NCBI GenBank assembly: GCA_039621445.1
Contig: CP154954.1
Span: 35,139,703-35,203,702, forward strand
Source of the DNA: Euglena gracilis
Taxonomy: Eukaryota
Length of the DNA stretch: 64,000 nucleotides
Reading direction: 5' to 3'
This document shows, in pieces, positions 27,301 to 39,700 of the stretch (within the stretch, counting starts at the first letter, position 1; each line of letters opens with the position of its first letter). A program made the position numbers and the translations under genes. The notes below the pieces were generated by a model. That model did no database searches. It saw only the letters and a list, made by a program, of their open reading frames with translations, and was not told the DNA's origin.

Positions 27301-30300
27301 GCCACCTTGAGAAAATTTCCCTGGCCAAGGCCACTTTGACCAAACTGTCCCTTTCCAAGGCCACTTTGACCAAAGTGTCTCTTGCCAAGGCCACTTTGAC
27401 CAAAGTGTCCCTGGACAAGGCCACTTTGACCAAAGTGTCCCTAGCCAAGGCCATTTTGACCAAAGTTTCCCTGGCCAAGGCCACTTTAACCAAAGTATCC
27501 CTGGCCAAGGCCACTTTGACCAAAGTGTCCCTGGCCAAGGCCACTTTGACCAAAGTGTCCCTGACCAAGGCCACTTTGACCAAAGTGTCCCTGGCCAAGG
27601 CCACTTTGACAAAAGTGTCCCTGGCCAAGGCCACTTTGACCAAAGTGTCCCTGGCCAAGGCCACTTTGACCAAAGTGTCCCTGGCCAAGGCCACTTTGAC
27701 CAAAATGTCCCTGGCGAAGGCCACTTTGACCAAAGTGTCACTGGCCAAGGCCACTTTAACCAAAGTGTCCCTGGCCAAGGCCACTTTGACCAAAGTGTCC
27801 CTGGCCAAGGCCACTTTGACCAAAGTGTCCCTGGCTGAGGCCACTTTGACCAAAGTGTCCCTGGCCAAGGCCACTTTGACCAAAGTGTCCCTGGCCAAGG
27901 CCAGTTTGACCAAAGTGTCCCTGGCCAAGGCCACTTTGACCAAGGTGTCCCTGGCCAAGGCCACCTTGAACAAAGTGTCCCTGGCCATGGCCACTTTGAC
28001 CAAAGTGTCCCTGGCCAAGGCCACTTCGACCAAAGTTTCCCTGGACAAGGCCACTTTGACCAAAGTGTCCCTGGCCAAGGCCACTTTGACCAAAGTGTCC
28101 CTGGCCAAGGCCACTTTGACCAAAGTGTGACCTGGCCGAGGCCACTTTGACCAAAGTGTCCCTGGGCAAGGCCACTTTGACAAATGTGTCCCTGGCCACG
28201 GCCACTTTGACCAAACTGTCCCTTTGCAAGGCCACTTTGACCAAAGTGTCCCTGGCCAAGGCCATTTTGACCAAAGTGTCCCTGGCCAAGGCCACTTTGA
28301 CCAAAGTGTCCCTGTCCAAGGCCACTTTGACGAAAGTGTCCCTGGCGAAGGCCACTTTGACCAAAGTGTCCCTGGCCAAGGCTACTTTGACCAAAGTGTT
28401 CCTGGCCAAGGCCACTTTGACCAATGTGTCCCTGGCCAAGGCCACTTTGACCGAAGTGTCCCTGGCTGAGGCCACTATGACCAAAGTGTCCCTGGCCAAG
28501 GCCACTTTGACCAAAGTGTCCCTGGCCAAGGTGACTTTGACCAAAGTGTCCCTGGCCAAGGCCAGTTTGACCAAAGTGTCCCTGGCCAAGGCCACTTTGA
28601 CCAAAGTGTCCCTGGCCAAGGCCACTTTGACAAAAGTGTCCCTGGCCAAGGCCACTTTGACCAAAGTGTCCCTGGCCAAGGCCACTTTGACCAAAGTGTC
28701 CCTGGCCAAGGCCACTTTGACCAAAATGTCCCTGGCGAAGGCCACTTTGACCAAAGTGTCACCGGCCAAGGCCACTTTAACCAAAGTGTCCCTGGCCAAG
28801 GCCACTTTGACCAAAGTGTCCCTGGCCAAGGCCACTTTGACCAAAGTGTCCCTGGCTGAGGCCACTTTGACCAAAGTGTCCCTGGCCAAGGCCACTTTGA
28901 CCAAAGTGTCCCTGGCCAAGGCCACTTTGACCAAAGTGTCCCTGGCCAAGGCCACTTTGACCAAGGTGTCCCTGGCCAAGGCCACCTTGAACAAAGTGTC
29001 CCTGGCCATGGCCACTTTGACCAAAGTGTCCCTGGCCAAGGCCACTTCGACCAAAGTTTCCCTGGACAAGGCCACTTTGACCAAAGTGTCCCTGGCCAAG
29101 GCCACTTTGACCAAAGTGTCCCTGGCCAAGGCCACTTTGACCAAAGTGTCCCTGGCCAAGGCCACTTTGACCAAAGTGTCCCTGGCCAAGGCCACTTTGA
29201 CAAATGTGTCCCTGGCCACGGCCACTTTGACCAAACTGTCCCTTTGCAAGGCCACTTTGACCAAAGTGTCCCTGGCCAAGGCCATTTTGACCAAAGTGTC
29301 CCTGGCCAAGGCCACTTTGACAAAAGTGTCCCTGGCGAAGGCCACTTTGACCAAAGTGTCCCTGGCCAAGGCTACTTTGACCAAAGTGTTCCTGGCCAAG
29401 GCCACTTTGACCAAAGTGTCCCTGGCCAAGGCCACTTTGACCGAAGTGTCCCTGGCTGAGGCCACTTTGAACAAAGTGTCCCTGGCCAAGGCCACTTTGA
29501 CCAAAGTGTCCCTGGCCAAGGTGACTTTGACCAAAGTGTCCTTGGCCAAGGCCAGTTTGACCAAAGTGTCCCTGGCCAAGGCCACTTTGACCAAAGTGTC
29601 CCTGGCCAAGGCCACCTTGAACAAAGTGTCCCTGGCCCAGGCCAATTTGACCAAAGTGTCCCTGGCCAAGGCCACTTCGACCAAAGTTTCCCTGGACAAG
29701 GCCACTTTGACCAAAGTGTCCCTGGCAGAGGCCACTTTGACCAAAGTGTCCCTGGCCAACGCCACTTTGACCAAAGTGTCCCTGGCCAAGGCCACTTTGA
29801 CCAAAGTGTGACCTAGCCGAGGCCACTTTGACCAAAGTGTCCCTGGGCAAGGCCACTTTGACAAATGTGTCCCTGGCCACGGCCACTTTGACCAAACTGT
29901 CCCTTTGCAAGGCCACTTTGACCAAAGTGTCCCTGGCCAAGGCCATTTTGACCAAAGTGTCCCTGGCCAAGGCCACTTTGACCAAAGTGGCCCTGTCCAA
30001 GTCCACTTTGACGAAAGTGTCCCTGGCGAAGGCCACTTTGACCAAAGTGTCCCTGGCCAAGGCCACTTTGACCAAACTGTCCCTGGCCAAGGCTACTTTG
30101 ACCAAAGTGTCCCTGGCCAAGGCCACTTTGGCCAAAGTGTCCCTGGCCAAGGCCACTTTAACCAAAGTGTCCCTGGCCAAGGCCACTTTGACCAAAGTGT
30201 CCCTGGCCAAGGCCACTTTGCCCAAAGTGTCCCTGGCCAAGGCCACTTTGACCAAAGTGTCCCTGGCCAAGGCCACTTTGACCAAAGTGTCCCTGGCCAA

Positions 30301-30700
30301 GGCCACGTTGACCAAACTGTCCCTGGCCAAGGCCACTTTCACCAAAGTGTCCCTGGCCAAGGCTAAATCGACCAAATTATCCCTGGACAAGGCCACTTTG
30401 ACCAAAGTGTCCCTGGCCAAGGCCACTTTGACCAAACTGTCCCTGGCCAAGGCCACTTTGACCAAAGTGTCCCTGGCGAAGGCCACTTTGACCAAAGTGT
30501 CCCTGGCGAAGGCCACTTTGACCAAAGTGTCCCTGGCCCAGGCCATTTTGACCAAAGTTTCCCTGGCCAAGGCCACTTTAACCAAAGTGTCCCTGGCCAA
30601 GGCCACTTTGACCAAAGTGTCCCTGGCCAAGGCCACTTTAACCAAAGTCTCCCTAGCCAAGGCCATTTTGACCAAAGTTTCCCTGGCCAAGGCCACTTTA
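18340..30700. repeat. 30-bp array domain B: a different variant set with 3331-bp and 1020-bp duplications
   Basis: Diagnostic variants CCCTTTGCAAGG, AAAATGTCCC, GGCTGAGG, GGCCGAGG, TTTCCCTGGACAAG and ACAAATGTG are essentially absent from domain A. Paired landmarks lie 3331 bp apart (22495/25826, 22955/26286, 23376/26707) and 1020 bp apart (28224/29244). Boundaries are approximate. Confidence 0.85.
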
Positions 30701-33700
30701 ACCAAAGTGTCCCTGGCCAAGGCCACTTTGACCAAAGTGTCCCTGGCCAAGGCCACTTTGACCAAAGTGTCCCTGGCCAAGGCCACTTTGACCAAAGTGT
30801 CCCTGGCCAAGGCCACTTTGACCAAAGTGTCCCTGGCCAAGGCCACTTTGACCAAAGTGTCCCTGGCCAAGGCCACCTTGACCAAAGTGTCCCTGGCCAA
30901 GGCCACTTTGACCAAAGTGTCCCTGGCCAAGGCCACTTTGACCAAAGTGTCCCTGGCCAAGGCCACTTTGACCAAAGTGTCCCTGGCCAAGGCCACTTTG
31001 ACCAAAGTGTCCCTGGCCAAGGCCACTTTGACCAAAGTGTCCCTGGCGAAGGCCACTTTGACCAAAGTGTCCCTGGCCAAGGCCACTTTGACCAAAGTGT
31101 CCCTGGCCAAGGCCACTTTGACCAAAGTGTCCCTGGCCAAGGCCACTGTGACCAAAGTGTCCCTGGCCAAGGCCACTTTGACCAAAGTGTCCCTGGCCAA
31201 GGCCACTTTGACCAAAGTGTCCCTGGCCAAGGCCACTTTGACCAAAGTGTCCCTGGCCAAGGCCACTTTGACCAAAGTGTCCCTGGCCAAGGCCACTTTG
31301 ACCAAAGTGTCCCTGGCCAAGGCCACTTTGACCAAAGTGTCCCTGGCCAAGGCCACTTTGACCAAAGTGTCCCTGGCCAAGGCCACTTTGACCAAAGTGT
31401 CCCTGGCCAAGGCCACTTTGACCAAAGTGTCCCTGGCAAGGCCACTTTGACCAAAGTGTCCCTGGCCAAGGCCACTTTGACCAAAGTGTCCCTGGCCAAG
31501 GCCACTTTGACCAAAGTGTCCCTGGCCAAGGCCACTTTGACCAAAGTGTCCCTGGCCAAGGCCACTTTGACCAAAGTGTCCCTGGCCAAGGCCACTTTGA
31601 CCAAAGTGTCCCTGGCCAAGGCCACTTTGACCAAAGTGTCCCTGGCCAAGGCCACTTTGACCAAAGTGTCCCTGGCCAAGGCCACTTTGACCAAAGTGTC
31701 CCTGGCCAAGGCCACTTTGACCAAAGTGTCCCTGGCCAAGGCCACTTTGACCAAAGTGTCCCTGGACAAGGCCACTTTGACCAAAGTGTCCCTGGCCAAG
31801 GCCACTTTGACCAAAGTGTCCCTGGCCAAGGCCACTTTGACCAAAGTGTCCCTGGCCAAGGCCACTTTGACCAAAGTGTCCCTGGCCAAGGCCACTTTGA
31901 CCAAAGTGTCCCTGGCCAAGGCCACTTTGACCAAAGTGTCCCTGGCCAAGGCCACTTTGACCAAAGTGTCCCTGGCCAAGGCCACTTTGACCAAAGTGTC
32001 CCTGGCCAAGGCCACTTTGACCAAAGTGTCCCTGGCCAAGGCCACTTTGACCAAAGTGTCCCTGGCCAAGGCCACTTTGACCAAAGTGTCCCTGGCCAAG
32101 GCCACTTTGACCAAAGTGTCCCTGGCCAAGGCCACTTTGACCAAAGTGTCCCTGGCCAAGGCCACTTTGACCAAAGTGTCCCTGGCCAAGGCCACTTTGA
32201 CCAAAGTGTCCCTGGCCAAGGCCACTTTGACCAAAGTGTCCCTGGCCAAGGCCACTTTGACCAAAGTGTCCCTGGCCAAGGCCACTTTAACCAAAGTGTC
32301 CCTAGCCAAGGCCATTTTGACCAAAGTTTCCCTGGCCAAGGCCACTTTAACCAAAGTGTCCCTGGCCAAGGCCACTTTGACCAAAGTGTCCCTGGCCAAG
32401 GCCACTTTGACCAAAGTGTCCCTGGCCAAGGCCACTTTGACCAAAGTGTCCCTGGCCAAGGCCACTTTGACCAAAGTGTCCCTGGCCAAGGTCACATTGA
32501 CCAAAGTGTCCCTGGCGAAGGCCACTTTGACCACAGTGTCCCTGGCGAAGGCCATTTCGACCAAAGTTTCCCTGGCCAAGGCCACTTTGACCAAAGTGTC
32601 CCTGGCCAAGGCCACTTTGACCAAAGTGTGACCTGGCCAAGGCCACTTTGACCAAAGTGTCCCTGGCCAAGGCCACTTTGACCAAAGTGTCCCTGGCCAA
32701 GGCCACTTTGACCAAAGTGTCCCTGGCCAAGGCCACTTTGACCAAAGTGTCCCTGGCCAAGGCCACTTTGACCAAAGTGTCCCTGGCCAAGGCCACTTTG
32801 ACCAAAGTGTCCCTGGCCAAGGCCACTTTGACCAAAGTGTCCCTGGCCAAGGCCACTTTGACCAAAGTGTCCCTGGCCAAGGCCACTTTGACCAAAGTGT
32901 CCCTGGCCAAGGCCACTTTGACCAAAGTGTCCCTGGCCAAGGCCACTTTGACCAAAGTTTCCCTGGACAAGGTCACTTTGACCAAAGTGTCCCTGGCGAA
33001 GGCCACGTTGACCAAAGTGTCCCTGGCCAAGGCCACTTTGACCAAAGTGTCCCTGGCCAAGGCCACTTTGACCAAAGTGTCCCTGGCCAAGGCCACTTTG
33101 ACCAAAGTGTCCCTGGCCAAGGCCACTTTGACCAAAGTGTCCCTGGCCAAGGCCACTTTGACCAAAGTGTCCCTGGCCAAGGCCACTTTGACCAAAGTGT
33201 CCCTGGCCAAGGCCACTTTGACCAAAGTGTCCCTGGCCAAGGCCACTTTGACCAAAGTGTCCCTGGCCAAGGCCACTTTGACCAAAGTGTCCCTGGCCAA
33301 GGCCACTTTGACCAAAGTGTCCCTGGCCAAGGCCACTTTGACCATATGTCCCTGGCCAAGGCCACTTTGACACAAGTGTCCCTGGCCAAGGCCACTTTGA
33401 CCAAAGTGTCCCTGGCCAAGGCCACTTTGACCAAAGTGTCCCTGGCCAAGGCCACTTTGACCAAAGTGTCCCTGGCCAAGGCCACTTTGACCAAAGTGTC
33501 CCTGGCCAAGGCCACTTTGACCAAAGTGTCCCTGGCCAAGGCCACTTTGACCAAAGTGTCCCTGGCCAAGGCCACTTTGACCAAAGTGTCCCTGGCCAAG
33601 GCCACTTTGACCAAAGTGTCCCTGGCCAAGGCCACTTTGACCAAAGTGTCCTGGCCAAGGCCACTTTGACCAAAGTGTCCCTGGCCAAGGCCACTTTGAC

Positions 33701-36700
33701 CAAAGTGTCCCTGGCCAAGGCCACTTTGACCAAAGTGTCCGTGGCCAAGGCCACTTTGACCAAAGTGTCCCTGGCCAAGGCCACTTTGACCAAAGTGTCC
33801 CTGGCCAAGGCCACTTTGACCAAAGTGTCCCTGGCCAAGGCCACTTTGACCAAAGTGTCCCTGGCCAAGGCCACTTTGACCCAAGTGTCCCTGGCCAAGG
33901 CCACTTTGACCAAAGTGTCCCTGGCCAAGGCCACTTTGACCAAAGTGTCCCTGGCCAAGGCCACTTTGACCAAAGTGTCCCTGGCCAAGGCCACTTTGAC
34001 CAAAGTGTCCCTGGCCAAGGCCACTTTGACCAAAGTGTCCCTGGCCAAGGCCACTTTGACCAAAGTGTCCTGGCCAAGGCCACTTTGACCAAAGTGTCCC
34101 TGGCCAAGGCCACTTTGACCAAAGTGTCCCTGGCCAAGGCCACTTTGACCAAAGTGTCCCTGGCCAAGGCCACTTTGACCAAAGTGTCCCTGGCCAAGGC
34201 CACTTTGACCAAAGTGTCCCTGGCCAAGGCCACTTTGACCAAAGTGTCCCTGGCCAAGGCCACTTTGACCAAAGTGTCCCTGGCCAAGGCCACTTTGACC
34301 AAAGTGTCCCTGGCCAAGGCCACTTTGACCAAAGTGTCCCTGGCCAAGGCCACTTTGACCAAAGTGTCCCTGGCCAAGGCCACTTTGACCAAAGTGTCCC
34401 TGGCCAAGGCCACTTTGACCAAAGTGTCCCTGGCCAAGGCCACTTTGACCAAAGTGTCCCTGGCCAAGGCCACTTTGACCAAAGTGTGACCTGGCAAAGG
34501 CCACTTTGACCAAAGTGTCCCTGGCCAAGGCCACTTTGACCAAAGTGTCCCTGGCCAAGGCCACTTTGACCAAAGTGTCCCTGGCCAAGGCCACTTTGAC
34601 CAAAGTGTCCCTGGCCAAGGCCACTTTGACCAAAGTCTCCCTGGCCAAGGCCACTTTGACCGAAGTGTCCCTGGCCAAGGCCACTTTGACCAAAGTGTCC
34701 CTGGCCAAGGCCACTTTGACCAAAGTGTCCCTGGCCAAGGCCACTTTGACCAAAGTGTCCCTGGCCAAGGCCACTTTGACCAAAGTCTCCCTGGCCAAGG
34801 CCACTTTGACCGAAGTGTCCCTGGCCAAGGCCACTTTGACCAAAGTGTCCCTGGCCAAGGCCACTTTGACCAAAGTGTCCCTGGCCAAGGCCACTTTGAC
34901 CAAAGTGTCCCTGGCCAAGGCCACTTTGACCAAAGTGTCCCTGGCCAAGGCCACTTTGACCAAAGTGTCCCTGGCCAAGGCCACTTTGACCAAGGTGTCC
35001 CTGGCCAAGGCCACTTTGACCAAGTGTCCCTGCAAAGGCCACTTTGACCGAAGTGTCCCTAGGCAAGGCCACTTTGACCAAAGTGTGACCTGGCCAAGGC
35101 CACTATCGACCAAAGTGTTCCTGGCCAAGGCCACGTTGACCAAAGTGTCCCTGGCCAAGGCCACTTTGACCAAAGTGTCCCTGGCCAAGGCCACGTTGAC
35201 CAAAGTGTCCCTGGCCAAGGCCACTTTGACCAAAGTGTCCCTGGCCAAGGCCACTTTGACCAAAGTGTCCCTGGCCAAGGCCACTTTGACCAAAGTGTCC
35301 CTGGCCAAGGCCACTTTGACCAAGTGTCCCTGGCCAAGGCCACTTTGACCAAAGTGTCCCTGGCCAAGGCCACTTTGACCAAAGTGTCCCTGGCCAAGGC
35401 CACTTTGACCAAAGTGTCCCTGGCCAAGGCCACTTTGACCAAAGTGTCCCTGGCCAAGGCCACTTTGACCAAAGTCTCCCTGGCCAAGGCCACTTTGACC
35501 AAAGTGTCCCTGGCCAAGGCCACTTTGACCAAGTGTCCCTGCAAAGGCCACTTTGACCGAAGTGTCCCTAGGCAAGGCCACTTTGACCAAAGTGTGACCT
35601 GGCCAAGGCCACTTTGACCAAAGTGTCCCTGGCCAAGGCCACTTTGACCAAAGTGTCCCTGGCCAAGGCCACTTTGACCAAAGTGTCCCTGGCCAAGGCC
35701 ACTTTGACCAAAGTGTCCCTGGCCAAGGCCACTTTGACCAAAGTGTCCCTGGCCAAGGCCACTTTGACCAAAGTGTCCCTGGCCAAGGCCACTTTGACCA
35801 AAGTGTCCCTGGCGAAGGCCACTTGACCAAAGTGTCCCTCGCCAAGGCCACTTTGACCAAAGTGTCCCTGGCCAAGGCCACTTTGACCAAAGTGTCCCTG
35901 GCCAAGGCCACTTTGACCAAAGTGTCCCTGGCCAAGGCCACTTGTTCCAAGTGTCCCTGGCCAAGTCCATCTTGACCAAAGTGTCCCTGGCCAAGGCCAC
36001 TTTGACCAAAGTGTCCCTGGCCAAGGCCACTTTGACCAAAGTGTCCCTGGCCAAGGCCACTTTGACCAAAGTGTCCCTGGCCAAGGCCACTTTGACCAAA
36101 GTGTCCCTGGCCAAGGCCACTTTGACCAAAGTGTCCCTGGCCAAGGCCACTTTGACCAAAGTGTCCCTGGCCAAGGCCACTTTGACCAAAGTGTCCCTGG
36201 CCAAGGCCACTTTGACCAAAGTGTCCCTGGCCAAGGCCACTTTGACCAAAGTGTCCCTGGCCAAGGCCACTTTGACCAAAGTGTCCCTGGCCAAGGCCAC
36301 TTTGACCAAAGTGTCCCTGGCCAAGGCCACTTTGACCAAAGTGTCCCTGGCCAAGGCCACTTTGACCAAAGTGTCCCTGGCCAAGGCCACTTTGACCAAA
36401 GTGTCCCTGGCCAAGGCCACTTAGACCAAAGTGTCCCTGGCGAAGGCCACTTTGACCAAAGTGTCCCTGGCCAAGGCCACTTTGACCAAAGTGTCCCTGG
36501 CCAAGGCCACTTTGACCAAAGTGTCCCTGGCCAAGGCCACTTTGACCAAAGTGTCCCTGGCCAAGGCCACTTTGACCAAAGTGTCCCTGGCCAAGGCCAC
36601 TTTGACCAAAGTGTCCCTGGCCAAGGCCACTTGGACCAAAGTGTCCCTGGCCAAGGCCACTTTGACCAAAGTGTCCCTGGCCAAGGCCACTTTGACCAAA

Positions 36701-39700
36701 GTGTCCCTGGCCAAGGCCACTTTGACCAAACTGTCCCTGGCCAAGGCCACTTTGACCAAAGTGTCCCTGGCCAAGGCCACTTTGACCAAAGTGTCCCTGG
36801 CCAAGGCCACTTTGACCAAAGTGTCCCTGGCCAAGGCCACTTTGACCAAAGTGTCCCTGGCCAAGGCCACTTTGACCAAAGTGTCCCTGGCGAAGGCAAC
36901 TTTGACCAAAGTGTCCCTGGCCAAGGCCACTTTGACCAAAGTGTCCCTGGCCAAGGCCACTTTGACCAAAGTGACCCTGGCCAAGGCCACTTTGACCAAA
37001 GTGTCCCTGGCCAAGGCCACTTTGACCAAAGTGTCCCTGGCCAAGGCCACTTTGACCAAAGTGTCCCTGGCCAAGGCTGTTTTGACCAAAGGATCCCGGG
37101 CCAAGGCCACTTTGACCAAAGTGACCCTGGCGAAGGCCACTTTGACCAAAGTGTCCCTGGCGAAGGCCACTTTGACCAAAGTGTCCCTGGCCAAGGCCAC
37201 TTTGACCAAAGTGTCCCTGGCCCAGGCCACTTTGACCAAAGTGTCCGTGGCCAAGGCCACTTTGACCAAAGTGTCCCTGGCCAAGGCCACTTTGACCGAA
37301 GTGTCCCTGGCCAAGGCCACTTTGACCAAAGTGTCCCTGGCCAAGGCCACTTTGACCAAAGTGTCCCTGGCCAAGGCCACTTTGACCAAAGTGTCCCTGG
37401 CCAAGGCCACTTTGACCAAAGTGTCCCTGGCCAAGGCCACTTTGACCAAAGTGTCCCTGGCCAAGGCCACTTTGACCAAAGTGTCCCTGGCCAAGGCCAC
37501 TTTGACCAAAGTGTCCCTGGCCAAGGCCACTTTGACCAAAGTGTCCCTGGCAAAGGCCACTTTGACAAAGGTGTCCCTTTCCAAGGCCACTTTGACCAAA
37601 GTGTCCCTGGCGAAGGCCACTTTGACCAAAGTGTCCCTGGCCAAGGCCACTTTGACCAAAGTGTTCCTGGCCAAGGCCACTTTGACCAAAGTGTCCCTGG
37701 CCAAGGCCACTTTGACCACAGTGTCCGTGGCCAAGGCCACTTTGACCAAAGTGTCCCTGGCCAAGGCCACTTTGACCAAAGTGTCCCTAGCCAAGGCCAC
37801 TTTGACCAAAGTGTCCCTGGCAAAGGCCACTTTGACCAAACTGTCCCTGGCCAAGGCCACTTTGACCAAAGTGTCCCTGGCCAAGGCCACTTTGACCAAA
37901 GTGTCCCTGGCCAAGGCCACTTTGACCAAAGTGTCCCTGGCCAAGGCCACTTTGACCAAAGTGTCCCTGGCCAAGGCCACTTTGACCAAAGAGTCCTGGC
38001 CACGGCCACTTTGACCAAACTGTCCCTGGCCAAGGCCACTTTGACCAAAGTGTCCCGGCCAAGGCCAATTTGACCAAAGTGTCCCTGGCCAAGGCCACTT
38101 TGACCAAAGTGTCCCTGGCCAAGGCCACTTTGACCAAAGTGACCCTGGCCAAGGCCACTTTGACCAAAGTGTCCCTGGCCAAGGCCACTTTGACCAAAGT
38201 GTCCCTGGCCAAGGCCACTTTGACCAAAGTGTCCCTGGCCAAGGCCACTTTGACCAAAGTGTCCCTGGCCAAGGCCACTTTGACCAAAGTGTCCCTGGCC
38301 AAGGCCACTTTGACCAAAGTGTCCCTGGCCAAGGCCACCTTGACCAAAGTGTCCCTGGTCAAGGCCACTTTGACCAAAGTGTCCCTGGCCAAGGCCACTT
38401 TGACCAAAGTGTCCCTGGCCAAGGCCACTTTGACCAAAGTGTCCCTGGCCAAGGCCACTTTGACCAAAGTGTCCTGGCCAAGGCCACTTTGACCAAAGTG
38501 TCCCTGGCCAAGGCCACTTTGACCAAAGTGTCCCTGGCGAAGGCCATTTTGACCAAAGTGTCCGTGGCCAAGGCCACTCTGACCAAAGTGTCCCTGGCCA
38601 AGGCCACTTTGACCAAAGTGTCCCTGGCCAAGGCCACTTTGACCAAAGTGTCCCTGGCCAAGGCCACTTTGACCAAAGTGTCCCTGGCCAAGGCCACTTT
38701 GACCAAAGTGTCCCTGGCCAAGGCCACTTTGACCAAAGTGTCCCTGGCCAAGGCCACTTTGACCAAAGTGTCCCTGGCCAAGGCCACTTTGACCAAAGTG
38801 TCCCTGGCCAAGGCCACTTTGACCAAAGTGTCCCTGGCCAAGGCCACTTTGACCAAAGTGTCCCTGGCCAAGGCCACTTTGACCAAAGTGTCCCTGGCCA
38901 AGGCCACTTGACCAAACTGTCCCTGGCCAAGGCCACTTTGACCAAAGTGTCCCTGGCCAAGGCCACTTTGACCAAAGTGTCCCTGGCCAAGGCCAGTTTG
39001 ACCAAAGTGTCCCTGGTCAAGGCCAGCTTGACCAAAGTGTCCCTGGCCAAGGCCACTTTGACCAAAGTGTCCCTGGCCAAGGCCACTTTGACCAAAGTGT
39101 CCCTGGCCAAGGCCACTTTGACCAAAGTGTCCCTGGCCAAGGCCACTTTGACCGAAGTGTCCCTGGCCAAGGCCACTTTGACCAAAGTGTCCCTGGCCAA
39201 GGCCACTTTGACCAAAGTGTCCCTGGCCAAGGCCACTTTGACCAAAGTGTCCCTGGCCAAGGCCACTTTGACCAAAGTGTCCCTGGCCAAGGCCACTTTG
39301 ACCAAAGTGTCCCTGGCCAAGGCCACTTTGACCAAAGTGTCCCTGGCCAAGGCCACTTTGACCAAAGTGTCCCTGGCCAAGGCCACTTTGACCAAAGTGT
39401 CCCTGGCCAAGGCCACTTTGACCAAAGTGTCTCAGGCTAAGACCACTTTGACCAAAGTTGTCCTTGTCAAGGCCACTTTGACCAAAGTGTCCCTGGCCAA
39501 GGCCACTTTGACCAAAGTGTCCCTGGCCAAGGCCACTTTGACCAAAGTGTCCCTGGCCAAGGCCAGTTTGACCAAAGTGTCCCTGGCCAAGGCCACTTTG
39601 ACCAAAGTGTCCCTGGCCAAGGCCACTTTGACCAAAGTGTCCCTGGCCAAGGCCACTTTGACCAAAGTGTCCCTGGCCAAGGCCACTTTGACCAAAGTGT

